In this document: in pieces, positions 10,152 through 19,400 of the stretch
Numbering within the stretch: the stretch's first letter is position 1
Layout: the number at the start of each line of letters is the position of its first letter
From: Candidatus Hydrogenedentota bacterium
GTDB lineage: Bacteria; Hydrogenedentota; Hydrogenedentia; Hydrogenedentales; JAEUWI01
Length of the DNA: 64,000 nucleotides
NCBI GenBank assembly: GCA_034669905.1
Contig: JAXMOL010000014.1
Coordinates: 1-64,000 of the forward strand
Direction: 5' to 3'
Program-made: the position numbers and the translations under genes
Notes under the pieces: model-generated
The model's input: only the letters and a program-made list of their open reading frames with translations
Told to the model about the DNA's origin: nothing
The model's database searches: none

Positions 10152-10370
10152 ACAGGGTGCCCGGCCCCGGATATAACGCCGCCGGCGCACCGTCCCCCAA
10201 ATCGCTGCACGGGTGCCACGGGCAGGCCCGCAAGGGTTTGCCCGTGCCCCCATTGAGCACCGAAAAACGGGTAATCCCCTGCAAAAGTGGCCGTAGGACC
10301 CTCCGTTCGTGTTATAGTTAAATCAATTTCAACAGAAACGAACGAGACCCACACCCCAGCGAGGAACATC

Positions 10371-10832
10371 ATGCAAGTCCAAGACCAGGCCATCGTCGGC
10401 ATTCACTACACCCTCAAAAATGACGCGGGAGAAACCCTGGACAGCTCCGACGGGGGCGAACCCCTCCAGTTCCTCCAGGGTTCCGGCGGCATCATCAAGG
10501 GCCTCGAATCGGCCCTCGACGGCAAAGAAGTCGGCGAAAAACTCGACGTCGTCATCGAGCCGGAAGAAGGCTACGGCGTCCACCGCGAAGAACTCGTGCA
10601 AGACGTGCCCCGCAGTGCCTTTGCCGGTGTCGATGACATCCAGGTGGGCATGACCTTTCAGGCCCAGACCGACAACGGCCCCGTGCCCATTCAGGTCGCG
10701 GCCGTCGGTGACGAGACCGTCACCGTCGACGGCAACCACCCCCTCGCCGGTGAGCGCCTCCACTTCTCCGTGAGCATCGAAGAAGTCCGTGAAGCGACCC
10801 AGCAGGAAATCGATCACGGCCACGCCCACTAA
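10371..10832 (+). CDS. slyD: FKBP-type peptidyl-prolyl isomerase SlyD
   Basis: 'IHYTL', 'GLESAL', 'PEEGYG', 'VDGNHPLAG', C-terminal 'HGHAH'; GAGG RBS. Confidence 0.93.
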   Translation: MQVQDQAIVGIHYTLKNDAGETLDSSDGGEPLQFLQGSGGIIKGLESALDGKEVGEKLDVVIEPEEGYGVHREELVQDVPRSAFAGVDDIQVGMTFQAQTDNGPVPIQVAAVGDETVTVDGNHPLAGERLHFSVSIEEVREATQQEIDHGHAH

Positions 10833-10865
10833 GGCCGCTTAGCAACCCATAGCATCTATCCCATC

Positions 10866-10903
10866 GACCCGCGACGTGCCCCCACGTCGCGGGTCTTCGT
10901 TTT
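10866..10903 (+). terminator. Intrinsic terminator after slyD
   Basis: GACCCGCGACGTG-cccc-CACGTCGCGGGTC followed by TTCGTTTT. Confidence 0.75.
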
Positions 10904-11227
10904 GGGTCCATGGGCAATCAGCAGGCAAGAGCGGAATCTCAGCGGCGTATTGTGCTCCCCTAACCTGCAGGTCCACCGCGAGCGGCTTTGTGGGTGCTAC
11001 GCCGGACCGGAATGCGGGTTTTCTTACCCGCAACAAAGCACACGCAAGAAAATAAGGCACGGAGCCCTGAAAGGATGGCCCAGCGACACGCTCAATCTTT
11101 CCCAGTGTCTTTAAGGCCAAACAAGAACCCTTCGGCGGGCAGGTCGTCGACGCGCCGTGGCGGAAAAACCCGCACGCCGATTGCGTCGCCCTTCGTTCTC
11201 TTCGTAAGAACACTCACCCTCCACGAT

Positions 11228-11262
11228 AAAAAAACGGGTGAGCCATGATAGACTCACCCGTT
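11228..11262 (-). terminator. Intrinsic terminator after the NRAMP-like gene
   Basis: AACGGGTGAG/CTCACCCGTT stem with an A-tract on + (U-tract on -). Confidence 0.7.
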
Positions 11263-11307
11263 GATTTCAAACTACAAACTACACGGCAGGCATTCCCTGC
11301 CCCACCA

Positions 11308-12540
11308 TCACCCGCCGTAGACCTTTCCCCAGACGATGGTCAGGGTGCGAATCGCCAGGCCCAGCAGGATAATCAGGCCCACAGCCCCCAGGACATTGCT
11401 CATGACCTTATTCCGCAGGTCGCCCATCAACGCACGGTTGTTGGCGAAGTAATAGAGCAAGAGCGCGCACAGGGGCGACGCAATAATGGTGGACGTCTGG
11501 GCAATCAGCACACTCTGTGAGCCACCCACACCGGCCTGCATGGTGGCAATCGCCACGCCGCAGCCAATCAACAGTGCAGCCGCCGCACAAACACGTGTGG
11601 GCGTCTTCTCCATCGTCGGGTCCAGCCCCAGTCCGTCGGCAAGCAGGGTGCCACCAATCAAGGCATTCGCGATAAAGGAAGAGAAGGCCGCCGCACACAA
11701 GCCCAGCCCGAAGACCAGGCCCGCCGAATCACCCAGCACGCTGGTCAGCTGATTGGCGAGTTGCCCGATGTGCTTGAAGTCCCCGCCCGTCTCGTGGAGG
11801 GTCTGGGCCGCACCAATCATGATCACCAGCCCCATGGTGCCCAGGATCCCGATACCAATCCACGCATCCTGAATGGCGTTGTGGAGATTCTCCTTATGCC
11901 AGCCCTTGGCCTGCACCAGGTAGGCCTGGTAAAACGCCGCCACGGCAGAGAAAGTCGTGCCGAGCATGCCCGCCGCAATAATAAACTCGCCCTCGGCAAA
12001 ACGATGGGGAATCAGGCCCGTTGCCAGGCCCACCGGACTCACGCCCGTGAAAACCAGGTTGCCGATGAAGGCCACCAGCATAATCCCCACGAAGAATCGC
12101 ATCACCAACTCGAGCAGGTGGTAGACGTTTTTCGCCATCAGCATGAAAACCAGCGAAAGTCCGGTAAACACCAGGGGCCAAATCCACGCCGGCACACCGG
12201 GCACAATGCCCTCCAGTGCATAGGCCACGCCGAGATTATTGCCAAACTGAAATCCTGCCGCCACAAAGAAGGCCGAAAAACCCGTGACTGCCGCAATGGG
12301 ACGACCCCAGCGCTTGGACAGAAATTGCAGAAAGGACTCTTCCAAGGCGCAGCCAATGCGGGCGCCCATGGACGTGAAGACCGCCATGACCACACAGGCC
12401 AGGGCGAGCATCCACACAAGGCCGTAGCCTGCATCCGCCCCGGCCCGACTGGACGAAACGATGCTTCCCGGACCCAACACCACCGCCGCCGTAATCAGCC
12501 CCGGTCCTACACGTTCATACCAACGTCGCTTTTCACTCAT
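11308..12540 (-). CDS. NRAMP-family (YcsG-like) transporter
   Basis: 'GPGLITAAVVLGPGS', 'FQFGNNLG', 'GTTFS', about 11 TMs. Confidence 0.82.
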   Translation of the reverse strand: MSEKRRWYERVGPGLITAAVVLGPGSIVSSSRAGADAGYGLVWMLALACVVMAVFTSMGARIGCALEESFLQFLSKRWGRPIAAVTGFSAFFVAAGFQFGNNLGVAYALEGIVPGVPAWIWPLVFTGLSLVFMLMAKNVYHLLELVMRFFVGIMLVAFIGNLVFTGVSPVGLATGLIPHRFAEGEFIIAAGMLGTTFSAVAAFYQAYLVQAKGWHKENLHNAIQDAWIGIGILGTMGLVIMIGAAQTLHETGGDFKHIGQLANQLTSVLGDSAGLVFGLGLCAAAFSSFIANALIGGTLLADGLGLDPTMEKTPTRVCAAAALLIGCGVAIATMQAGVGGSQSVLIAQTSTIIASPLCALLLYYFANNRALMGDLRNKVMSNVLGAVGLIILLGLAIRTLTIVWGKVYGG

Positions 12541-12552
12541 GCGTAACTCCTC

Positions 12553-13614
12553 TTATCCGCGTAACCAGTCGTCTCGGTGTGAGGCAACAAACTCGTCATC
12601 ATTTAACTCGGGGTACTGGGCGTAGACCCGATCGATTTCTTCCAATTGTCCCGGGCTCAACCCCTCGTTGGGGTCGAGACACCAGAGGCCTTCCAACAGG
12701 CCCTGACGGCGCAGCACTTCATGGAGCCCGGCGATACACCCGGCAAAACCGTTGGCCGCGTCGAAAAAAACAGCGTTGGTATCCGTCACGGCAATCGCCT
12801 GACTCAGGAGATCCCGCGAGATGCTCCCCGTCGCTACTTCCCCATGGCAGCGCTCCAGGAGGGAAACCGCTTTCTGCGTCCAAACGGACCAATGGCCCAG
12901 AAGGCCCCCGACAATACGGCGTTCGACCCCCTGGTCGCCCCGGGCAAGTCGGTAGTGGGTGACCAGATCGGCCACAATGTTGTCGTCGTTGCCGGTGTAG
13001 AGCGCGATATCGTCCCGCCCGGCATCCACGACCGCCCGCACCACGTCGAGGGTCTGGTATCGGTTGAAGGGCGCCATCTTAATGGCCACCACGGACTCAA
13101 TTTCGGCAAAGCGTCGCCAGAAAGCATAGGGCAATACCCGCCCGCCCACCGAGGGCTGCAAATAGAAACCCACCACGGGAATCACCGCGGCCACCGCTTC
13201 GCAATGGGCAATCAGCGCCGGCACATCGGCATCGGCCAGGGCCGCCAGACTGAGCAGACCCGCGTGGTAACCGAGCTCACGGAGCAACTCCGCCTCGGCG
13301 ACCGCCTGGGCCGTGGGACCACAAATGCCGCCGATACGCACCAGGGGTGTGTCGCGCCCGGCATCGGCACGGCCCATTTCTTCGGCGGCCAGTTCCAACA
13401 CCGGCCGGAACAGTCCGACCTCCGGATTCCGAATGGCGAACTGGGTGGTGTGTACGCCGACGGCAATACCGCCCACCCCCGCGTCGATATAGTAACGACT
13501 CAGCGCCCGTTGCCGTCGTTCGTCCAATGTGCGTGCTGCCGTGAGCGCCAGGGGCTGGGCCGGAATGGCGATACCCCGGTGTAACGTTGCGCGAAAATCT
13601 GTCGGGGTCTCCAT
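12553..13614 (-). CDS. Dihydrodipicolinate synthase/N-acetylneuraminate lyase family protein
   Basis: 'IPAQPLAL', 'GVHTTQF', 'FYLQ', Schiff-base Lys in 'IKMAPF', 'YTGNDD'. ATG at 13614 follows GGAGG. Confidence 0.85.
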   Translation of the reverse strand: METPTDFRATLHRGIAIPAQPLALTAARTLDERRQRALSRYYIDAGVGGIAVGVHTTQFAIRNPEVGLFRPVLELAAEEMGRADAGRDTPLVRIGGICGPTAQAVAEAELLRELGYHAGLLSLAALADADVPALIAHCEAVAAVIPVVGFYLQPSVGGRVLPYAFWRRFAEIESVVAIKMAPFNRYQTLDVVRAVVDAGRDDIALYTGNDDNIVADLVTHYRLARGDQGVERRIVGGLLGHWSVWTQKAVSLLERCHGEVATGSISRDLLSQAIAVTDTNAVFFDAANGFAGCIAGLHEVLRRQGLLEGLWCLDPNEGLSPGQLEEIDRVYAQYPELNDDEFVASHRDDWLRG

Positions 13615-13649
13615 CAGGTCGACCCTCCACACGTAGCCACCCACATCAC

Positions 13650-14687
13650 CTAAAAGTCTCCCTTGCGGTTTTCAAAGTGGGTCGGCTTGTTGAGGCTCGC
13701 CCCACCTGCCGTGACCCAATCCGCGATCCAGTGGAGCATCTGATCGAGGGAGACCGTGGGATAGCCCCACAGGGCGTGCCCTTGCTGACCATTACTCAGC
13801 AGGGCATCGGGCGCTTCTTCCCCTTCGATGAGTACCGGCTTACCCATCAGTCGCCCGAAGGTCTCGGCCACCCGCCGCACACTGATTTGCTCCGGACCGG
13901 CTATGTTAATCGTCCAGGCCGGGGTCCGCGTCTGGGCGAGGGAGAGGAGCGACATGGCATTGGCATCGCCCTGCCAGATGGCATTCAGGCTGCCCATGGA
14001 CACATCGACCGGCTGGCCTTCGAAGACCTGGCGGGCCACATCGACCAGCACGCCGTATCGCATTTCCGTCGCATAGTTGAGCCGGAGAATACTCGTCGGG
14101 ATAGCGCGGGCCTGGCTGAAGTATTCGAAAATGCGCTCCCGTCCCATGGCACTGGTGGCATATTCACCCACCGGGTTCAGCGTATCCGTTTCCACGGAAC
14201 CCCCAAGGGACAGGGGCGTCAGTCCATAGACATTGCCGGTGGAAAAAGCCGCGATACGACTTTCGGCGTAATGTTCGCAAATGAGAGAGGGCAACCAGGT
14301 ATTCATGGCCCACGTCATCGCCTCTTTTCCGGTGGCGCCAAACTTCATACCGGTCATATAGACCACATTGGGCACCTGGGGCAGGGCCGCCACATGGCCG
14401 GGATCGAGGAGGTCACAGCGCACCGTTTCGATGCCCCAGGCCTGCAACTCCATCTCCGTTTCCCGGTTACTGAAACGAGAGGCGGCCAGAATGCGCCGTT
14501 GCACTCCAGCCTCATCCGTCGCGCGCCGCGCCATACGCGCCATCGTGGGGCCCATCTTGCCCCCGGCGCCCAGAAAAATGATATCGCCTTCAAGACGTTT
14601 CATCATCGTGACCACGGCGGGTGTGGGGCGGCTCAACAATTCCTCGAGCGTCTCTACGCTGTCGATGGATTTCGGAAACTCGGGCAT
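13650..14687 (-). CDS. NAD-dependent epimerase/dehydratase (extended SDR)
   Basis: 'LGAGGKMG' Rossmann motif, 'STGNVY', 'GEYATS', 'RLNYA'. Confidence 0.85.
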   Translation of the reverse strand: MPEFPKSIDSVETLEELLSRPTPAVVTMMKRLEGDIIFLGAGGKMGPTMARMARRATDEAGVQRRILAASRFSNRETEMELQAWGIETVRCDLLDPGHVAALPQVPNVVYMTGMKFGATGKEAMTWAMNTWLPSLICEHYAESRIAAFSTGNVYGLTPLSLGGSVETDTLNPVGEYATSAMGRERIFEYFSQARAIPTSILRLNYATEMRYGVLVDVARQVFEGQPVDVSMGSLNAIWQGDANAMSLLSLAQTRTPAWTINIAGPEQISVRRVAETFGRLMGKPVLIEGEEAPDALLSNGQQGHALWGYPTVSLDQMLHWIADWVTAGGASLNKPTHFENRKGDF

Positions 14688-14812
14688 AGTCAGATAAATT
14701 CCTCTTTGAACGCGTTGTCACCAAAAGGTGTCGGTGTAAACCCGACCATCATGCCATATCGCACGCCATGATTTCCGCCAAGCCCGATTGGCACCGTGCA
14801 TCCCCCCCCCAC

Positions 14813-14945
14813 TCCACCCTCCACCCTCCACCCGTCACCCTCCACCCGTCACCCTCCACCCTTCACCCTTCACCCTTCACCCTTCACCCTTCACCCTTCA
14901 CCCTTCACCCTTCACCCTTCACCCTTCACCCTTCACCCTTCACCC
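14813..14945. repeat. Heptanucleotide microsatellite, 19 units (7 TCCACCC/GTCACCC + 12 TTCACCC)
   Basis: Counted directly. Intergenic between the divergent epimerase and pilT genes; preceded by a C9 run at 14802-14810. Confidence 0.95.
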
Positions 14946-15078
14946 TTCCTCGTCATCTGCGAATACTGAGACCTTGTCAATAGACTTGTTTTCCCGCAGG
15001 ACCCATGATAACCTGATAGCGTCTAATTTATGGGACCGCCGATTGACCCGCGCACGTCGTGCGCGAGGAGGATATGTG

Positions 15079-16167
15079 ATGGCTGAAATTGATAAGTATT
15101 TCCGGTTGATGGTCGAACACGGAACCTCGGATTTACACCTGTGTACCGGATGTAAACCCATGTTTCGAAAAGACGGCTCTATCGTCCCCCTGAAAGCCGA
15201 CGAAGAACTGACGTCGGAGCGGGCCGAAAAACTTCTCTTTGAGATCACGCCGGAAAAAAACCTCCAGGAGTTCAAGGACAGTCACGACACCGACTTTGCC
15301 TATGAACTGGAGGGCGCGGGCCGCTATCGTGCCAACATCTTCCGCGACCACAAAGGTGTGGGGGGCGTCTTCCGCCTGATCCCCTCGGAAATCCTGACCT
15401 TTGAGCAGTTAAACCTACCCCTCGCGCTCAAAAAGTTTTGTCAGCTGCATAAGGGACTCGTCCTCGTGACCGGTCCGACGGGTAGTGGTAAGTCGACCAC
15501 CCTCGCCGCCATGATCGACTACATCAATAAGAATCGCTCGGATCACATCATCACCATCGAAGATCCCATCGAATTCGTGCACCCCAACCACCGTTGCCTC
15601 ATCAACCAGCGGGAAGTCCACACCCACACCCTGGGCTTCAAGAACGCCCTGCGCGCCGCCCTGCGTGAAGACCCCGATATTGTATTGGTCGGTGAGATGC
15701 GCGATCTCGAAACCACCCACATCGCTATCGAAACGGCGGAGACCGGCCACCTGGTCTTCGGTACCCTCCACACCACGACCGCCATCTCGACCGTTGACCG
15801 CCTGATTGACCAGTTCCCTTCGGGACAGCAAAGTCAGATTCGGACCATGCTCTCCGGCGCCCTCAAGGGGGTCGTCGCGCAGAACCTCATCAAGAAAAAG
15901 GGCGGCGGTCGCGTCGCGGCTCTGGAAGTCCTGGTGGTCAACGCCGCCGTGGCCATGCTGATTCGCGAAGGCAAGACCGCCCAGGTCATGAGCATCATGC
16001 AAACGGCCAAGAAAGAGGGCATGACCCTGCTCAACGAAGAACTGGCGCGCTTCGTGAAGGAAGATGTGATAGAAGCCAGTGAGGCCTATTCCAAGGCCGT
16101 CGACAAAGAAGGCATCATCAAGGCCCTCGACGGACACGGCATCAAATTTAGTCCGGCGGCCGACTGA
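15079..16167 (+). CDS. pilT: Type IV pilus retraction ATPase PilT family
   Basis: 'SDLHL', Walker A GPTGSGKST, 'TIEDPIE', 'ALREDPD', 'GEMRD', 'AETGHLVFGTLHT'; GGAGG RBS before 15079. Confidence 0.93.
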   Translation: MAEIDKYFRLMVEHGTSDLHLCTGCKPMFRKDGSIVPLKADEELTSERAEKLLFEITPEKNLQEFKDSHDTDFAYELEGAGRYRANIFRDHKGVGGVFRLIPSEILTFEQLNLPLALKKFCQLHKGLVLVTGPTGSGKSTTLAAMIDYINKNRSDHIITIEDPIEFVHPNHRCLINQREVHTHTLGFKNALRAALREDPDIVLVGEMRDLETTHIAIETAETGHLVFGTLHTTTAISTVDRLIDQFPSGQQSQIRTMLSGALKGVVAQNLIKKKGGGRVAALEVLVVNAAVAMLIREGKTAQVMSIMQTAKKEGMTLLNEELARFVKEDVIEASEAYSKAVDKEGIIKALDGHGIKFSPAAD

Positions 16168-16194
16168 CCCCACGAACCTCCCCCATCACCCCCC

Positions 16195-16226
16195 GGGACG
16201 CAGGCGCGCAGTCTGCGTCCCTTTTT
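16195..16226 (+). terminator. Intrinsic terminator after pilT
   Basis: GGGACGCAGGC...GTCTGCGTCCC followed by a T-tract. Confidence 0.75.
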
Positions 16227-16395
16227 GTGTTCGCACGGCCAGGAGGGAGTGTCCGCTCCGACACGAGCCGCGCTCCTGAAAGAAACGACCTGGTTATGCC
16301 ACCCGACCGCTTCTAAATCCGTTCGGGTGGCACGACCGTTACCTCAAACCACGATGTCCCGATGGTGTTCCCCCCTATAGTTCCACCCCACACGA

Positions 16396-16429
16396 AAAGC
16401 GGCGACTCCGTATCTCGGAGCCGCCGCTT
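16396..16429 (-). terminator. Intrinsic terminator after the large surface-protein gene
   Basis: On the - strand, AAGCGGCGGCTCCG...CGGAGTCGCCGC followed by TTTT. Confidence 0.75.
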
Positions 16430-16453
16430 GGGTGGTTTCTATTCAGCTACGCG

Positions 16454-19400
16454 TCAGGACTGGTGCGCCTTGCGCTTGACCCGCCGACGAATGAACAGGG
16501 CCATTCCACCGAACAGGGTCAGGGCGAAGAGACCGGGGGAGGTCAAGGCGAACTGCCCCAACACAACCACGGGCACCAGCGCGATACGCACCAGGGCGGC
16601 CAGCACGGGGCTCTGGGCCACCACGTCGGCAACCGCCGGGCTCACCGTGTAGTAGGTGTCCACGAAGGCCGTACCAAGCGCGCTGTCGAGCAGGTAGGTA
16701 TCCCGCACTTCACGCAACACATTGATATCGGCGCTCATCGGCGTGCCATAGGCGGCCGTTGCAATGAAGCAAGGACCACCACTGCCACCACCATCTCCAC
16801 CGGCCGCGATGCCGAAGAAGGACAGGATGAGCGAAATCAACAGGAAGAACGGGAAGTCCGGTGTGCCGCCTGCCGTGTACTCGAAGAAGTTCGGCAGGGT
16901 AAAGGCCGGATTCTCCGGATCGGAGGCCAGGAAGATGGTCACATCCATCATGCCCGTCGCACTACCGCGCGGCGTCTGGAAGGTGAAGGTATTCTCATCC
17001 GAACCCGGCACCGTCACGAAGCGATCCGAGCCTGCCGTAATGGCCGTGTCTCCAGAACCGATGAGCACGTGGTCAATCCAGGCGAGGCCGCCATCCGGCG
17101 AAACCACGGTGACCGACGTACCGCCTGCCGTGCTCCCGTTGAAGGAGATGTTGGCATTGGCCGCCACAATCGAGTCTACCAGGGAATCCGGAATGCCGCT
17201 ACCGCGACGAAGGGAGAATCCATTCATGCTGTAGAGACGCGTACGGCTCACCGCATCGATACTGGTCGAGTCCGCATCCGACGCCGACAGGCTGGGATCC
17301 ACCTCGGCATTGAGCAGGTTCGATTGGTAGGCCACCATCGCCGTTGCCGGCACCGTCAGCGTACCGGTGGCATAGTTGTAACTGCTCTCCGAGCCAAACC
17401 ACGTCAGGCCCGAGCGCACAATACCAGCATTCAGCGTTGCATCATCCGTCAGGAAGGAAAGCTGAATCGGGTCGTTCTCAACGGGTTCACCGGTGACCGC
17501 ATCAATGACCGGGTCGCCGTTTTCATCCAACAGGTAGCGGGACAAACCGCCCGCCGCGAAGGCGCCACCACTGGCCTGACCGGAAGTCGGCATGCCCATG
17601 GAAGGCGTATTCTGCTTGGCTTCCGAGAAGTCCAGGGGCTGATAGAAATAGAGGCTGAAGTCATGCACATCACCCTCCAGCACATCACCGGCGTCCACAC
17701 CCTGCGCCGCAAGGGACGTGTCAATTGCATTCGTACCGATGGCATTGGGGTTGGAAGCCGCCGCCGTGCGCACGATGCCATAGGTACGGGCACCGCCACT
17801 GGTCGCGGGAACGTTCAACGAAGCGAAGGCATTGTTGCCCAGCGCCACATCCACATCAGATGCACCCGCCGCGCCGTCGAACGCATAGGCCGTCGTGTTG
17901 ACGTCCCCTTCGGTCACATAGCGGTTGTAGCGGAAGCTGTTGAAGGTCGAGCTGTTCTGCTGACCAGGATTCGTAACGACTACCGACACATCGACGAAAT
18001 CATTGTTTGACGTGTCGGTGCTTTCGGGCACGATAATCTCAATACTCGAGCCATCATTCGCCGCACGGAATCCCGTCACGACCACGCCACCAATATTGAT
18101 GGTGGTGTTTACGTTCAGATTCTGACCGCGCAGCTCTGCCACCACGCCACCGAAAATCCACGCTTCGTCGGGCGTTACCGACGTTACAATGGCTTCTCCA
18201 AAGGTCGTCTGGAAGGCCACCAACTCGGCCGTCGTCAGGAACCCGTCGTTATTCGTATCGAGACGCCCGAATCCTTCGAGCGTGAGACGGGACAGGGCCT
18301 GCTGGGCCTCCGCCAGACTCAGGCGACCATCGCTGTTCGAGTCGGCCGCGACGAATCCGGCGAGCAACGAATCGGCATTGTCTTCGTCACTGAACTCGCC
18401 TTCACCTTCACCTTCACCTTCACCTTCGCCTTCACCTTCACCTTCGCCTTCGCCTTCGCCTTCGCCTTCGCCTTCGCCTTCACCTTCACCTTCACCTTCA
18501 CCTTCACCTTCACCTTCGCCTTCACCTTCACCTTCACCTTCACCTTCACCTTCGCCTTCACCTTCGCCACCCGCTTCACCGAAAGTGGCCGACACGGTGG
18601 TATCGTCGGAAGCCGTGAACGCGAGCATGCCGCTGCTCACCGAGCTGGGAACGGAAACCTCACCGAGCAGAACCGTGAGCAATTCCGAGCCCGTGTCCGC
18701 CGTAAAGGTAACCGTTACATTGGTATCTTTGAGATAGGTGCCACCCGTGGTGCTCCCCTCAATAGAAGCCGGGGACACCGTCGCCGTTCCGTTGCCCTCC
18801 ACCGCGATCGTAACCGTGACGGAGTCTTTCAGCGTCGCGGCTTCCGGCACCGTAAGGCTGTTGCCGGTAAAGCGCAGGTCGGTAATCGTCAGGCTCACAT
18901 CCGTGTCGACGGGCTCACCTTCCACCATATCCAGCGCCAGGGAAGGCGTGGTCAGGTAAAGGGTCGTGCTGTTGGCCGCAACCGTGCCACCCGAACCGCC
19001 ATTGCGGAAGCTTGCCGCCTGGCCATTCAAGGTAACGCTGAACACTTCGGCCGCTTCCGTGGCATCCAGGCTCACGCCCGCACCCAGGGGGAAGGAACCC
19101 GTCAGCGTCAAGTCGACCATGGCATTGCCGGGAAGCACGTCGGGGTCCACCGTCGTCACTGCAATCTCAGAAGCGAAGGCCGCGAAGAGCCCCGGGCTGC
19201 TGAGGTTAACATCAATATTCCCATTCATCGAAATGGGCTCGACCGGCAACAGTTCCCAGTCGCCTTCGCTGTCACTGCTGACAACCACCGAGCCACCCGC
19301 ATTCACGGCCGTACTGGCGTAGGAGAAGAGCTGCACCTGCTCAAGAGATTCTTCCGGGAAGTCGCCCTCAATAAAGAGGTTCACGGCGAGCGAGCCCAGA

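Noticed and set aside
10211..10252. Riboswitch upstream of slyD
   Set aside because: It is a single GCAA-capped hairpin with no recognisable aptamer, more likely a terminator or REP-like element after the beta-helix gene.
14768..15078. N-terminal (HPSPFTL)n extension of PilT and the overlapping 71-aa ORF
   Set aside because: These are read-through of the heptamer microsatellite. PilT homology and a GGAGG RBS place the start at about 15079.
18189..18737. Poly-(SP) and poly-(KV/KA) ORFs
   Set aside because: They are alternative frames or the opposite strand of the (GE)29 coding repeat.
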